The notes: generated by a model from the sequence alone, not told the origin. 64,000 nucleotides of DNA from Eledone cirrhosa (GCA_964016885.1 OZ024742.1:322276001-322340000); one strand, 5' to 3'. Shown: positions 13,255-25,262, counted from the stretch's first letter. Made by a program: numbers and translations.

Positions 13255-13725
13255 AACCGTGCACCGGATCTTCCTGCAACAAGTTTTAACACCCCGTCGG
13301 GCAGACGATGCAAAATAACACCCAGGAAACTAACCATGTATACCAGACCCAGCCTCAAACGACCCAGACAAACAGGTGCGGCAAATAAGCGTTGGTTACA
13401 TGACCCTGTGCGTATCGACAATGGTAAGGTTGTAACCTCATCTTGTAACGGATAAAAATTTGTCCGGGAAAGACTGCCCTAACACCGGCCAGAGTTACCT
13501 CCCTTAACCTGCTGCAAAATCAAAACAAACTATTTTTGCGAGCAATGAACCTTGACGTGAATTTAACCCCAAAAACTCTTTCCGAGCAATGTAAGGAACA
13601 CTTTTGGTTATTTATGCCCTTGAGAAGCCCAACTGGGCGAAACGTACGGTGGTGCTGTTTTAAATAAACATGTTTTAACGGTCTATTCTCCGATTTCTTA
13701 CTTTTCCACGTATATATATATATAC

Positions 13726-13787
<62 letters not shown>

Positions 13788-13791
<4 letters not shown>

Positions 13792-13973
13792 GTATAATAA
13801 ACAATACAATATAATTACCTCATTACCAGAGGTTTCCCGAATAAGACGAATACAAAAACGTCCTCATTCGTTCATCGGACAAAGCAATTTTGCGTGAGGA
13901 CGTTTTTGTATTCGTCTTATTCGGGAAACCTCTGGTAATGAGGTAATTATATTGTATTGTTTATTATACATTA
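13788..13973. repeat. 79-bp inverted repeat with 28-bp spacer containing a hammerhead-like core on the minus strand
   Basis: 13788-13866 is the reverse complement of 13895-13973; minus strand reads CCGAUGA-a-stem II-g-GAA-ACCUC..GAGGU-A. Confidence 0.85.
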
Positions 13974-14050
13974 AATTTAGCTCTGGTACTTACATAGAGC
14001 GCTCTTCACTCTTATGACTTTTTTCAATTTTCAACGGAAACTTTAATACT

Positions 14051-14087
<37 letters not shown>

Positions 14088-14206
14088 TTTAAAACCATAT
14101 ATATATATATGTGTGTGTGTGTGTGTTTTACGTAATTCCAGAGGAAAAGCAAAGGAAAAAAGTGCTCTATGTATAGAACAGATTAAATATATATATATTT
14201 ATAATT

Positions 14207-14803
14207 ATTGTTATACTTTGAGAGAGTCATGTTGCCAATAAGAAACTCACACACCAGTTGCTTTCACTCCAATTTATTATAAATTAAATTTATAAATTTA
14301 AGAATTTATAAATTTCCGGTTGGCTGGTTGGTTCCACAACCGGGCGGTTGTTCATATATTGTCAAAGTTCTTTCGTCACACATTCTGTGACCTCTTCAGT
14401 GACTGGGGATTCTTTTCTTTGTTTTGTGCCTCTCCTTTGTTCTGTCCTACGCCATCTTGTTTTTGAGTGTGTTGTGTGCTTAGTTTGCGCATGTGTTACA
14501 TCCGGGTGTCTGTGTGTGCTTTTATTTGTTTATTTACATGTTACTGGTTGGTTGTTTGTTCTATGTGTGTGTGTTTTCATTTTGTCCTTAATTGTAAGTT
14601 GTTGTTATGTTGCTATTCCATTCATGTTTTCTATTTAATTTTGGTTGAAGTGTGACGAAAGAACTTTGACAATATATGAACAATCGTCCGGTTGTGGAAC
14701 CAACCAACCGGAAATTTATAAATTTAATTTATAATAAATTGGAGTGAAGCAACTGGTGCGTGTGTTTCTTATTGGCAACATGACCCTCCCAAAGTATAAC
14801 AAT
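14207..14803. mobile_element. Fold-back element, probably a PLE pLTR remnant, with arms of about 155-175 bp
   Basis: 14207-14381 versus 14650-14803 inverted; hammerhead-like core at 14361-14403; (TA)-rich flanks. Confidence 0.75.
14361..14403 (-). ncRNA. Minimal type I hammerhead ribozyme-like motif
   Basis: GUCA-CUGAAGA-g-GUCACA-gaaug-UGUGAC-GAA-AG-aa-CU-U-UGAC: stem I 4 bp, stem II 6 bp, stem III 2 bp. Confidence 0.6.
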
Positions 14804-15031
14804 ATCGGTTTCAACACACGTTTTCAGATAAATCTTGCTAAACAAATTCAGAAACGAAATATATATAATTAAATATTTATATATATACCCACTCCACTAC
14901 CCCAAGTATCGAGTACTCTGGTGGGTTATGGTCCACCTGGTATTTTTACCACACCCTTTCTGATATATATATATATATATATATATACACATGTATATAT
15001 ATATATACATAAACATATATATATATACATA

Positions 15032-15065
<34 letters not shown>

Positions 15066-15341
15066 TGAATGTATGTAAATATATATATTTATCCACACAC
15101 AGACACACACATATATATATATATATATATATTAAAATAACAGATTAAAGTTTAAGCAAAGAATCGCTGCTTCCACCCTTAACGGGATTTTATTTATCCT
15201 TATCGAGCTCTTTGGATTTTGGTCTTCAAATTTATTATTATTACTATATATATTACGGGGTCGATAAAATAAAGTACCAGTAATGCACTGGATAATTGCT
15301 GGCCTTGTGCCTAAAGTAGAAACAATTACTATATATATATA

Positions 15342-16947
15342 CAGTGCCCCGCAAAAGTTTACAACACATTAGGAAAAATGCGGTTTTAGGTATTTTTAAT
15401 AAAGTTAGGGTAATGAAAATTTAACTACCGATAGAACATATAATGAGGCATTTAATGATACAATCATAGTTTTAAAAAAATAACAAGGAAATAACTCATG
15501 AAGAAAAATCAATATTTTTATAACGCAAAAGTTTACAACACACTTATTAAATCATCTCTTAATATTTCGTAGCGTAACCTTTGTTGCTAATTACAGCCTG
15601 TAGGGCGTTTGGAGTAGCCTCCTACAAACTTCTTGCATGTTTCTTGGCTAATATTTATCCATTCTTCACAACAAATTTTCTTTAGTTCAGGGATATTTTG
15701 GGGTTTCCTTTTTTGAATTCTCTCCACAAATTTTCGATCGGGTTAAGATCTGGAGACTGACATGGTCATTTTAGAACATTTATTCCATTCGTACTTAACC
15801 AAGATTGTGTTAACTTTGCAGTATGCTTTGGATTGTTATCTTGTTGAAAAAACCAACCTGGCTTTAAGCTGACAGAATGTGCACTTTGATGTAAATTCCT
15901 TTGCAAAATACCTCTATAATAAGTGCCACCCATTCTTCCTTCTATTATTTCAATATTTCCTACTCCTGTGGCACTAAAGCAACCCCAGACCATGATTGAT
16001 CCACCTCCAAATTTTACAGTTGGAATAGTATTCTTCAGCGAATATTCAGTACCTTTCTTTCTCCAGACTTTTGCCACAGCATTTCGACCAAAAAGTTCAA
16101 TTTTTGTTTCGTCCGACCAAAGTACATCTTCCCAAAATGACGCAGGTTTGATGAGATGCTCATTTGCAAAGTTTAATCGACGAAGAACGTGTTTCCTCGT
16201 AAGAAGTGGTGTTTTCCTTGGAGACCTCGAGAAGATATTATATCGACGAAGTGAACGACTAATTGTATCTGTGCTCACTTTTACTCCACTTTCTTCTAGG
16301 TCATCCTGAAGATTTTTAAGAGTACACCGGGGTTCGTTGCTAACCTTTCTCGTCCATAACCGAGCTGCACGTTCCGTTATCTTTCTAGGACAACCAGAAC
16401 TAATTAGAGGACAGATGGAATGATGAGATTTCCAGTGACGAATTATTGTACCAACTGAACTCAATGGCACATTTAACTGACAAGATATCTTTCTATAACC
16501 AACACACCATTTGTATGAAGGTCTACAATGCGTTTACAGAGGTCTTGATCAATCAGTTTATTTTTCCCCATATTGTCAATGTTTACAGGACGGTTGTCAA
16601 TGTTTACAGGATGGTTGTCAGACAAATAATGATGTAATGTTTTTAATAGTCCTTAGAAGTTACCTTAAACCTAATCTAGAACATTCTACTGAATTTTAAA
16701 TCTGAAAATTTAAGAATTTTCTTGAAAAAAAGCGATAAATATAAAATGTGTTGTAAACTTTTACGTTATAAAAATATTAATTTTTCTTCATGTGTTATTT
16801 CCTTGTTATTTTTTTTTAAATATGATTGTATCATTAAATGCCTCATTATATGTTCTATCAGTAGTTAAATTTTCATTACCCTAACTTTATTAAAAATACC
16901 TAAAACTGCATTTTTCCTAATGTGTTGTAAACTTTTGCGGGGCACTG
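15342..16947 (-). mobile_element. Full-length Tc1 transposon with long IR/DR-type TIRs (about 205 bp)
   Basis: TA-CAGTGCCCCGCAAAAGTTTACAACAC...GTGTTGTAAACTTTTGCGGGGCACTG-TA; inner repeat of AAAGTTTACAACAC in each TIR. Confidence 0.97.
15560..16571 (-). pseudogene. Tc1 DD34E-type transposase, inactivated
   Basis: GCPRK, WSDETKIELFG, VWGCFS, QQDNNPKH, *PCQSPDLNPIE; N-terminal frameshifts and a stop at the conserved Trp (15766-15768). Confidence 0.95.
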
Positions 16948-17206
16948 TATATATATATAGAGAGAGAGAGAGAGATTATATATATATATGTGTGTGTGTG
17001 GTCATCGTTTAACGCCCGCTTCTGCTAAAGTATAAGAAAATTAATGGTTTTTGATTTAGGCATAAGACCAACAATTTTGGGGGAGGGGAAAGTTGATTAA
17101 ATTGACCTCAGTATATTACTGGTAATTAGGATTAATTTAATCGACTTTCGCCTTCACCAAAAATTGTTGGCCTGTTGCCTAAATCAGAAACATTATATTT
17201 TCTTAG

Positions 17207-17392
17207 GGCGGGGATTGGTAGTATCGGTAGAGGGTCGGACGCCATGCTTTGACGCATAGAGTTACGGCCCTTGCCATTCTGAGTTCAAATCCCGCCGAGG
17301 TTAACTTTGCCTTTCATCCTTACGGGGTCGATAAAATAAAGTACCAGTAATGAACTGAGTAATTGCTGGTCTTGTGCCAAAAGTAGAAACAA
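17207..17392 (+). mobile_element. Full-length family 1 SINE with a target-site duplication of about 14 bp
   Basis: attatattttctta on both sides; A/B boxes and Nin-type domain. Confidence 0.85.
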
Positions 17393-18111
17393 TTATATTT
17401 TCTTATACTTTAGCAGAAGAAATGGACGTTAAACGATGATGATATATATATACACACATATCGTCAAGAAAATATAAGATTGTTTATAATTTGGAACTAG
17501 AGTTTTTTTATTTTTGTGAGTCTTATAAAGTTAGTTGCTGTTAAAAGGATGTTGAGATGTGATATGGCTTAGTGGTTAGGCTTGTAATCGTGAGGTTGTG
17601 AGTTCGATTCCCGGAACGGGTAATGTGTTGTGTCCTTGAGCAAGACATTATATTTGTTCTCGTCTAACCCATGCTAGCGTGGAAAAACAAACGTTAAATA
17701 TATATATATATCATCGCGGTTTAACGTCTATTTTCCATGCTTGCATGGGTTAGACAAGTTACGTTATAAGGCTAGTCAAGTCTGGTGACCATGTCATGCA
17801 CATAAAGAAATCTGTTTTAGGCTTGATTTCTACGGCTGGATACCCTGCCTAACGGGTACCACATTACAGTGTGTACTGAGACCTTTTTTTCTCTTTTTTT
17901 TTTTGAGGCACCACTACTACCACTTTACATGGGGGGCTGGGTGCTTTTCGCACAAGAACAACCACTTAACAGGAGGTTGCTTAGACCTGTTTGAAATAAC
18001 AATTAAGGCACACTCAAATCACAGCTTATAGTCACCTCTCAATAAATTAATAACTAAAAAGTTGTAACACTTTAAATTCATTTAATCATTTGATGAATTA
18101 ATGGTGTACGC

Positions 18112-18427
18112 CAGTAGTTCTTAACCTGGGGTGCCGGCACCGCCAAGGGGTGTGAGGTGCAGTTCTTAGGGGTGCAAGCAGAGGTCTAGAAACACAACTT
18201 GTTTTCTTTTTACTTCGCATCAGTGTTTCCTAGCTTTCCATTTGTTTCAACATAGTATTTATTTAATTAAAACATATCAGTTAATTGATTAGATAGTAAC
18301 AGCTAAGTAACTGATAATTTGACTTGAAAATTCAATCTCTTTTGTCTTATGTGCTAGGCTTTGTGGTGCCGGATAGAATTTCAAAATCTCAAGGGGTGCC
18401 GAGATAGAAAAAGGTTAAGAACAACTG
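18112..18427. mobile_element. hAT (Charlie-like) MITE
   Basis: TIRs cagtagttcttaacct / aggttaagaacaactg; degenerate 8-bp TSD. Confidence 0.75.
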
Positions 18428-19475
18428 ATGTATGTTATGAGAGAGTTTTGTGTGTCTGTGTGTCAATTTATCACATAAATCTCTCCACACTCGCTATTTC
18501 GTTAACTGCCTGTTCATTCTATAAGAATCAATAAACGTCTAACTAGGCTTCATTTTTCTCTTACATGAGTGTGTCAACGATATTAAAGTTGTGATCAACC
18601 TGCCTCTTCTACAGACACAGTAATGAAATGAGATGACATTTACAACTCACACCTATGCAGGTTTAGCTGGCCTAGAATAATTAGACCTAACAACCTCTAA
18701 AATCCCAAACGGGGAGTACCATGAAAAAGGGTGCCCCAAAACGGGGAGAAATGAGGCAAAGTGGGAGATTTTACATAATGAAAGCTATACCCATTTTCAC
18801 AAGAGAAGACATCTCTCACCCACCCTAAAGTGGGTAGGAGATCTCATCGGATAGGGAGAGTTGACAGGTCTGAATAAGGTTTCTTGGGTGTTGTAATGAA
18901 AAACAACATGAACGCACTGCCCAGTCCAGAAAACGAACCCACAATCTTATGATCAAGAATTCAACACCATAATCACTAGACCACGTACCTTCATACAGAC
19001 ACAATATACACAGGAACAACCACATTGTTAAATACATCTCTCTTTTCTAAGACAGTGTCATATTTCGAGGGAGATTTGGCTGCTATTTCTAATAAGTTGA
19101 ATAACCAAATAGATACTCCCTCGCTGGTTCAATAAATGTTTTTGTTACTGTTATTGTTGTTTAGCCCCAGGTCAGCATTCGAACATTTAAAACTATGACC
19201 ATCCTTTATTTCATTCGATGTGCCCAGGGCAATATCCAATGTGACAATTCATTTTACAAGACAAATAAGGTGTGATTTGAGTGGGCATTGGCTATTATTT
19301 CAAACAGGTCTAATAACCCCCTGGTGTCTGCATCAAGTAAGTAGAATGTGGGTGACTATTTCATAAAAAAAACAAAAATTCAGTGTCTTTGACCCACTGG
19401 GGAATGTGAAAAATCTTAACAATGATAACCCATTTTATCTTAATCTGGTATGTCTTATATTAACCCACATGTATG

Positions 19476-19531
<56 letters not shown>

Positions 19532-19814
19532 GAGTAGGTGGGTGTGTATATAAGTAGGAGTGTATGAATGGGAGTTTATGTGTGTGTGTGTGTTCTGTAT
19601 AAGCAGCATACGGACATAAAAATGAATGGTAAACAGTGATGATGATGTTGCATGTGTGTCAATGATTTATATATATATATACATATATATATAGTAATAA
19701 TAATAAAATTGAAGACTAAAATCCAGAGAGGGCTGTGTGTGTGTGTCAGTGTGAGTATATATATATACATATACACTCTTGCTAGCAGGGAAAGCAGACA
19801 TTGAAACGACAATG

Positions 19815-19886
<72 letters not shown>

Positions 19887-20642
19887 ATATATAAAAATAA
19901 ATATATACATACACACAAGTATATATATATATTCTTAACCCGGTTTCACTAAGATAAGAATCTAAGAAATGCATTGTTTTTACTGTTGTGAGGTGAATTT
20001 GAAATATTTCTTGTCAACCCACGTACACATACATTACACACTTATATAAATATATATATATACATTATATGTGTCATCATTCATTTAACAACTGTTTTTC
20101 ATGCTGAAAGCACATTTGAATCATTTATTCTTTAAACATATCCCGAAGTGGGATCTACAAGATAAGATGCCTTTTAAAAAAATTTAATATATATTTATTT
20201 CCATATTAGGCTCTGTGGATGGTACCAACACCACATCGCCCACTATCACTAACAATACCACCACTACTACTACTAATGTCACTACAACAGCTGTCACCAC
20301 CATCATTACTACTAATATGCTTCAACGCATAGAGTTATTCAAATCCCGCCGAGGTTAACTTTGCCTTACATCCTTACGGGGTTGATAAAATAAAGTACCA
20401 GTAATGCACTGGGTATTTGATGGCCTTGGGCCAAAAGTAGAAACAATTATTATTACAGCCACCACTACCAGCACAGATTTTCTATGCTGGTTTACGTACA
20501 CCATATCACATAGAGAGCTATAAGTGGCAAAAGGGTTTGTTGCAGGAAAGGCATCCACCTGAAAAAGATTACCTCAGAAAGTTTCAAGCTCATTATGGAT
20601 CCTGCAAAAGGCTAACCTCTAACTTAGCAGAGAAAATGGCTT

Positions 20643-21175
20643 TTAACCCTTCAGCATTTACATTACTCTATATCAGGGGCGTGCAACAGGCAGCTCGCGG
20701 GCCACAATCCGGCCCGCCAGACCAGTTAGAGTGGTCCGCGATGACCGTTTTTAATTTTCACCTTGTAGACTTATTTAGAATTTTTTTCGTAACCATAATA
20801 CAATTTTCTGTTAGTTGACCTAAACTAAAGGGCTTCACTGATAGGATTATGTGTGTTATAATTTCCCAGTTCCATGTTACGGAAAGAAGTTGTGGTTTTC
20901 ATTAGATTACATATTTTTGACAGTGACTGGCCCTAATAGTTGTTCCAATGTTCAAAAGTGGCCCGCCAATGGAATATGTTGCACACCCCTGCTCTATATA
21001 TACTATTATATTTTCATGGTAAAGGCTTTATCTCACATAATATCGAATGAGATTTTGATATTATTTATTTTGAGAACAATACCTTAACATTAGTACAAGT
21101 TGCCGGTTACAGCAAGTTTGAACACAAAGAGAAAATTCTGGCAGGATATGGCCGGTTTAAATGCTAAAATGTTAA
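20643..21175. mobile_element. piggyBac-type MITE with nested hAT MITE; other copies at 26910-27124, 34889-35117 and 47285-47490
   Basis: TTAA-CCCTT.AGCATTTA ... TAAATGCTAAAGGG-TTAA consensus ends across four copies. Confidence 0.85.
20674..20991. mobile_element. hAT MITE with perfect 8-bp TSD CTCTATAT
   Basis: TIRs caggggcgtgcaaca / tgttgcacacccctg; TSD at 20666-20673 and 20992-20999. Confidence 0.92.
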
Positions 21176-21488
21176 AAGCTGTTGTGAATTAGATATATGT
21201 GATATAGTTGAAATTGAAGAAAATCCTGGAAAGCCAATTGACCATTTTACTGTTCAGCCATTCAAGGTATGAAGTAGAAAGTAATGAAATGGTGAAATTT
21301 AGAGAGGGCGAGCATTCATGTGTCAATGAGTGAAGTAGATATACATATAAGATCACAAACATTCATCAAATTGTTTTATACTATTAAATGCCATAAGTGA
21401 TTTCATTAGACACTCAAACATTTCTACCAATTCATTACTGTCTTGTAAAAGAAAGAAAACATCAAGCACTGTTGATCAACAGAAATGG

Positions 21489-21494
21489 TTTATT
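21489..21494 (-). promoter_or_regulatory. Candidate polyadenylation signal (AATAAA) for EXOSC9
   Basis: First minus-strand AATAAA, about 70 nt after the stop codon. Confidence 0.4.
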
Positions 21495-21561
21495 TACAAG
21501 TGAGAGTGAATGTTGATATAGTGTAAACACCTTGTCACTGTTACTACTGTTGTTGTTGTTA

Positions 21562-21643
21562 TTATTTAGTACATTTCTTCTTCTTCAAAGCCATCAGTAA
21601 TTCCCTGAGGGTCAGTTTCTGGCCATCTTCCTCTTCTTCATCA
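21562..21643 (-). CDS. EXOSC9: EXOSC9 terminal coding exon 14 (DEEEEDGQKLTLRELLMALKKKKCTK*)
   Basis: ttttttctgcag acceptor; phase-2 entry matches exon 13; TAA at 21564-21562; basic C-terminal cluster. Confidence 0.8.
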
Positions 21644-21666
21644 CTGCAGAAAAAAATATAATATAT

Positions 21667-21784
<118 letters not shown>

Positions 21785-21861
21785 ATTGGTGTTGGATGCT
21801 TAAAGCGTCCGTTTGCAGTAAGCTGTTTGAACATTCGATGCTCTCATAGAGCAGAGTAATG

Positions 21862-21999
21862 TATCACAGCAAAAAAGAGAATCAGTGTTGCGACGAATGG
21901 AATTTATTGAACATATTACAATCGTTTGTACAATTACGATTGTAATATGTCCGATAAATTACATTCGTCGCAACACTGATTCTCTTTTTTGCTGTGATA
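21862..21999. repeat. Near-perfect hairpin with arms of about 64 bp in the last EXOSC9 intron
   Basis: tatcacagcaaaaaagagaatcagtgttgcgacgaatg... pairs with ...cattcgtcgcaacactgattctcttttttgctgtgata. Confidence 0.9.
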
Positions 22000-23563
22000 T
22001 ATATATATATAAGCCGAATCTGAAGCATATAGACAATATGCCCCCACCCCTGCCCACCGCCAAAGTGGTCGTGGAGGTGCCACGGCAAAAAAGCACCCAG
22101 CCCACACTGCAAAGTGGACGTGTAGGCACCACGGAAAAAAAGCACCCGGCACTCACTGTAAATGAGGTTGGTGTTAGGAACGGCATCCAGCTGTAGAAAT
22201 CAAGCCAGAATCAGTTCCTGTATGAGCAAGACAAGGTCAGCCAACCCGACACTGCCCACAATAGGACAATCCGTCTAACCCATGCTAGCGTGGAAAAACG
22301 GACATAAAACGGTGATGATGATGATGATATATATCAATTAGGTAATTAATAATACTAATAATGATTTCTACTACAGGCATTTTGAAGGGGAGGGGAAAGT
22401 TGATTAAATCAACCCCAGTGCATTACTGGTGCTTTATTTTATCGACCCCATAAGGATGAAAGGCAAAGCTAACCTCGGCTGGATTTGAACTCAGAATGTA
22501 AAGAGCCATAACGCTATGTTGCAAAGCATGGTGTCCAACGCTCTACCGATTCTGCCAAATTTTCAGCTATTGTGATGATGTTTACATTAGCAATACACGT
22601 ATACAAACATAATTTACATAACAGGTTTCTGCAGTTACATATGGTGTCACACAGTGGATTCCAAAGTAAAGGCACATATGTAGTTGTAAAGTGGACTTAA
22701 TCACGCAGCAAATGCCTGTGCACACATTTCCTAAAAAAGGTGTAACTGAATACCTCCTGCACACATTATTACCATCATCATCATCACCAACACTACCATT
22801 GTCACCATTACCACAATCATCACCACCACTACCAATACTACCACCACCACAATAATCATCACCATTACCACCACCACAATAACCAGTGCCACAACCAAAA
22901 CCAGCACTCCAACCATCACCATCACTAATACCACTGTTACCATCAACACTGCTACCATAACCACCACCACCACCATAACTAACAACTAACCACCATCACT
23001 ATCACCACAACCACCATCACCACCACCACCACCATAACTAACAACTAACCACCATCACTATCACCACAACCACCATCACCACCACCACCAGCATAACTAA
23101 CAACTAACCACCATCACTATCACCACAACCACCATAACCACCACCACCACCATAACTAACAACTAACCACCATCACTATCACCACAACCACCATCACCAC
23201 CACCACCACCATAACTAACAACAACTAACCACCCACACCAGCTGTCTCAACACCAACCTCACAACTGACCCTCACTCCTCAACAAACAACCAAGGAAGTA
23301 CTCTGTGGTAACCATGTGTGTTTACTACTATCTGGAAAACCAGTTCTACAACCTACCCCCACTTACCTCCTGCCCTTTACAACCACCACCTCCCTCCTCA
23401 CCCATCTACATATTAACCCAATGTGTGCACTTCTATATACATATACATACACAAATGTATATATACATATATATATACAAACACACACACACAAATGTAT
23501 ATATACATATATACACACACACGCACACACACAAATGTATATATACATATATACACACACACG

Positions 23564-23606
<43 letters not shown>

Positions 23607-23703
23607 ACCACACTTGCACACACCAAGTCATGCATATTATTTACATAATTAAAGTATACACACTCATAATACTCATATGTAAATATTTATACACCCACAC
23701 GTG

Positions 23704-23748
<45 letters not shown>

Positions 23749-24756
23749 TACATACATATATATACATACATATATACGCACACATACACATATATGTATA
23801 CATATATACACACACGTGTGTGTGTGTGTGCACATAAATATATACATATATATAAAGTTATAGAGTTGGAGGACGTTAACATTGACAGGAGAGAAACAAA
23901 TGAGAGGGGGGGGGGGGAGAAATAGACAAACAAAGAAAGTAAAAATCTTAAGACGCATAAATAAAGACAAGGAAAAGAGTACATTACTGGTACTTTATTT
24001 TATCGACCCCGTAAGGATGAAAGGCAAAGTTAACCTCGAGGGGATTTGAAGTCAGACCATAAAGGGATGTAACTACACTAGAAAGCATGGCGGCCAACCC
24101 TCTACCGATACTGCCAATTCAACTTGATCACAAAAATGCGGCAAAAGAGTTGGACAAACTCAGAAAATATAAAGACTTGCTGATTGAAATTGAAAAAAAT
24201 GTGGCACCTCAAGATGGCTACACATGTAGGATCACTAGGAATGATAAAAAAAGGAACAGAAAATTATTTTTAAATGATCCCTGGCTCACTATCACTGCAA
24301 GAAGTGCAAAAAAATTATTTTAACTGGTACGGCACACATACTAAGAGCACTATTGCCGTGAGAAAGATAATCATCTATGTAATTTTTGTTACTTAACTTT
24401 ATTAGATTATATTTCATAATTATGTAAGTTGTAACTAATTTAGCACTCTTATAAGATTGAAGATCATTCTGTTGTAAATATGATATTAAACAGATGTGTA
24501 CATGTATAATGCAAATGATATACTTGTAACAGTGTAAAGTGCATCACGTGAACAATCTGGTGTGTTTATTTTGTGCCTTATCAATGTATGCAGTGAGGTT
24601 CTCTGCTCTAGGCGTCAGGAAGAAATAGAAACAAAACTGAAGTGGAAAAACACAAACAACAACAATAATAACAATAAAGCCTTTCAAAATAACTATAAAT
24701 AAACATTCATACATAATTATACATATCATCATTATATATATATATATACACACACA

Positions 24757-24860
24757 CAGAGTGTCCCCAAAAAATGTATACAGACTACTTTAATTACCTG
24801 TACAGGCAATATTTATTAGAAATATGTTGAAGTGTGTATACATTTTTGGGGGACATCCTG
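24757..24860. mobile_element. Tc1/mariner-type MITE (104 bp)
   Basis: TIRs cagagtgtccccaaaaaatgtatac / gtatacatttttgggggacatcctg followed by TA. Confidence 0.75.
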
Positions 24861-24890
24861 TATATGTGTGTGCGTATGTATATATATATA

Positions 24891-25262
24891 GGCACATGGC
24901 TTAGTGGTTAGAGCATTGGACTTGCAATCGAAAGGTTGTAAGTTCAATTCTCAGACTGGGTGATGTATTGTTTCCTTGAGCAAGACACTTTATTTCACAT
25001 TGCTCCAGTTTACTCAGTTGTAGAAATGAGATGATAGGGACTGGGGTCCACTGTAAAGTGGTCGTGGAGGTGTCACGGCAAAAAAGCACCCAGCCCACGC
25101 TGTAAAGTGGAAGTGTAGGCGCCACGGAAAAAAAGCACCCAGCACTCACTGTAAATGAGGTTGGTGTTAGGAAGGGCATGCAGCTGTAGAAATCAAGCCA
25201 GAATCAGTTCCCGTCCCACCCTTGCAGGCAGGGAAAAGTGGACGTAAAATGATGATGATGAT
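24891..25262 (+). mobile_element. Composite SINE: family 2 tRNA head joined to an RTE-type 3' tail ending in (GAT)n; sister copy at 32041-32380
   Basis: Head ggcacatggcttagtggttag...gttcaattc; tail shared with the RTE 3' ends at about 22070-22325 and 37075-37340. Confidence 0.7.

Larger units (their letters stand above)
11792..13711. mobile_element. Penelope-like retroelement: two 5'-truncated copies head-to-head with about 430-bp inverted pseudo-LTRs
   Basis: 11792-12211 is the reverse complement of 13261-13711; linker motifs WSPPPYS..FPPNH..KILNRNNIKISFS (minus) and CNC....GCPL plus GIY-YIG (plus). Confidence 0.9.

Noticed and set aside
13252-13455. Selenocysteine read-through of the PLE ORF: TGA followed by 66 open codons, plus a TGC/TGA difference between copies at 13309 and 12161
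   Set aside because: Conserved Cys codons are all TGY and I found no convincing SECIS. Known Sec-encoding PLEs (Naiads) have N-terminal endonucleases, and single point mutations explain both TGAs. A SECIS search on the family consensus would settle it.
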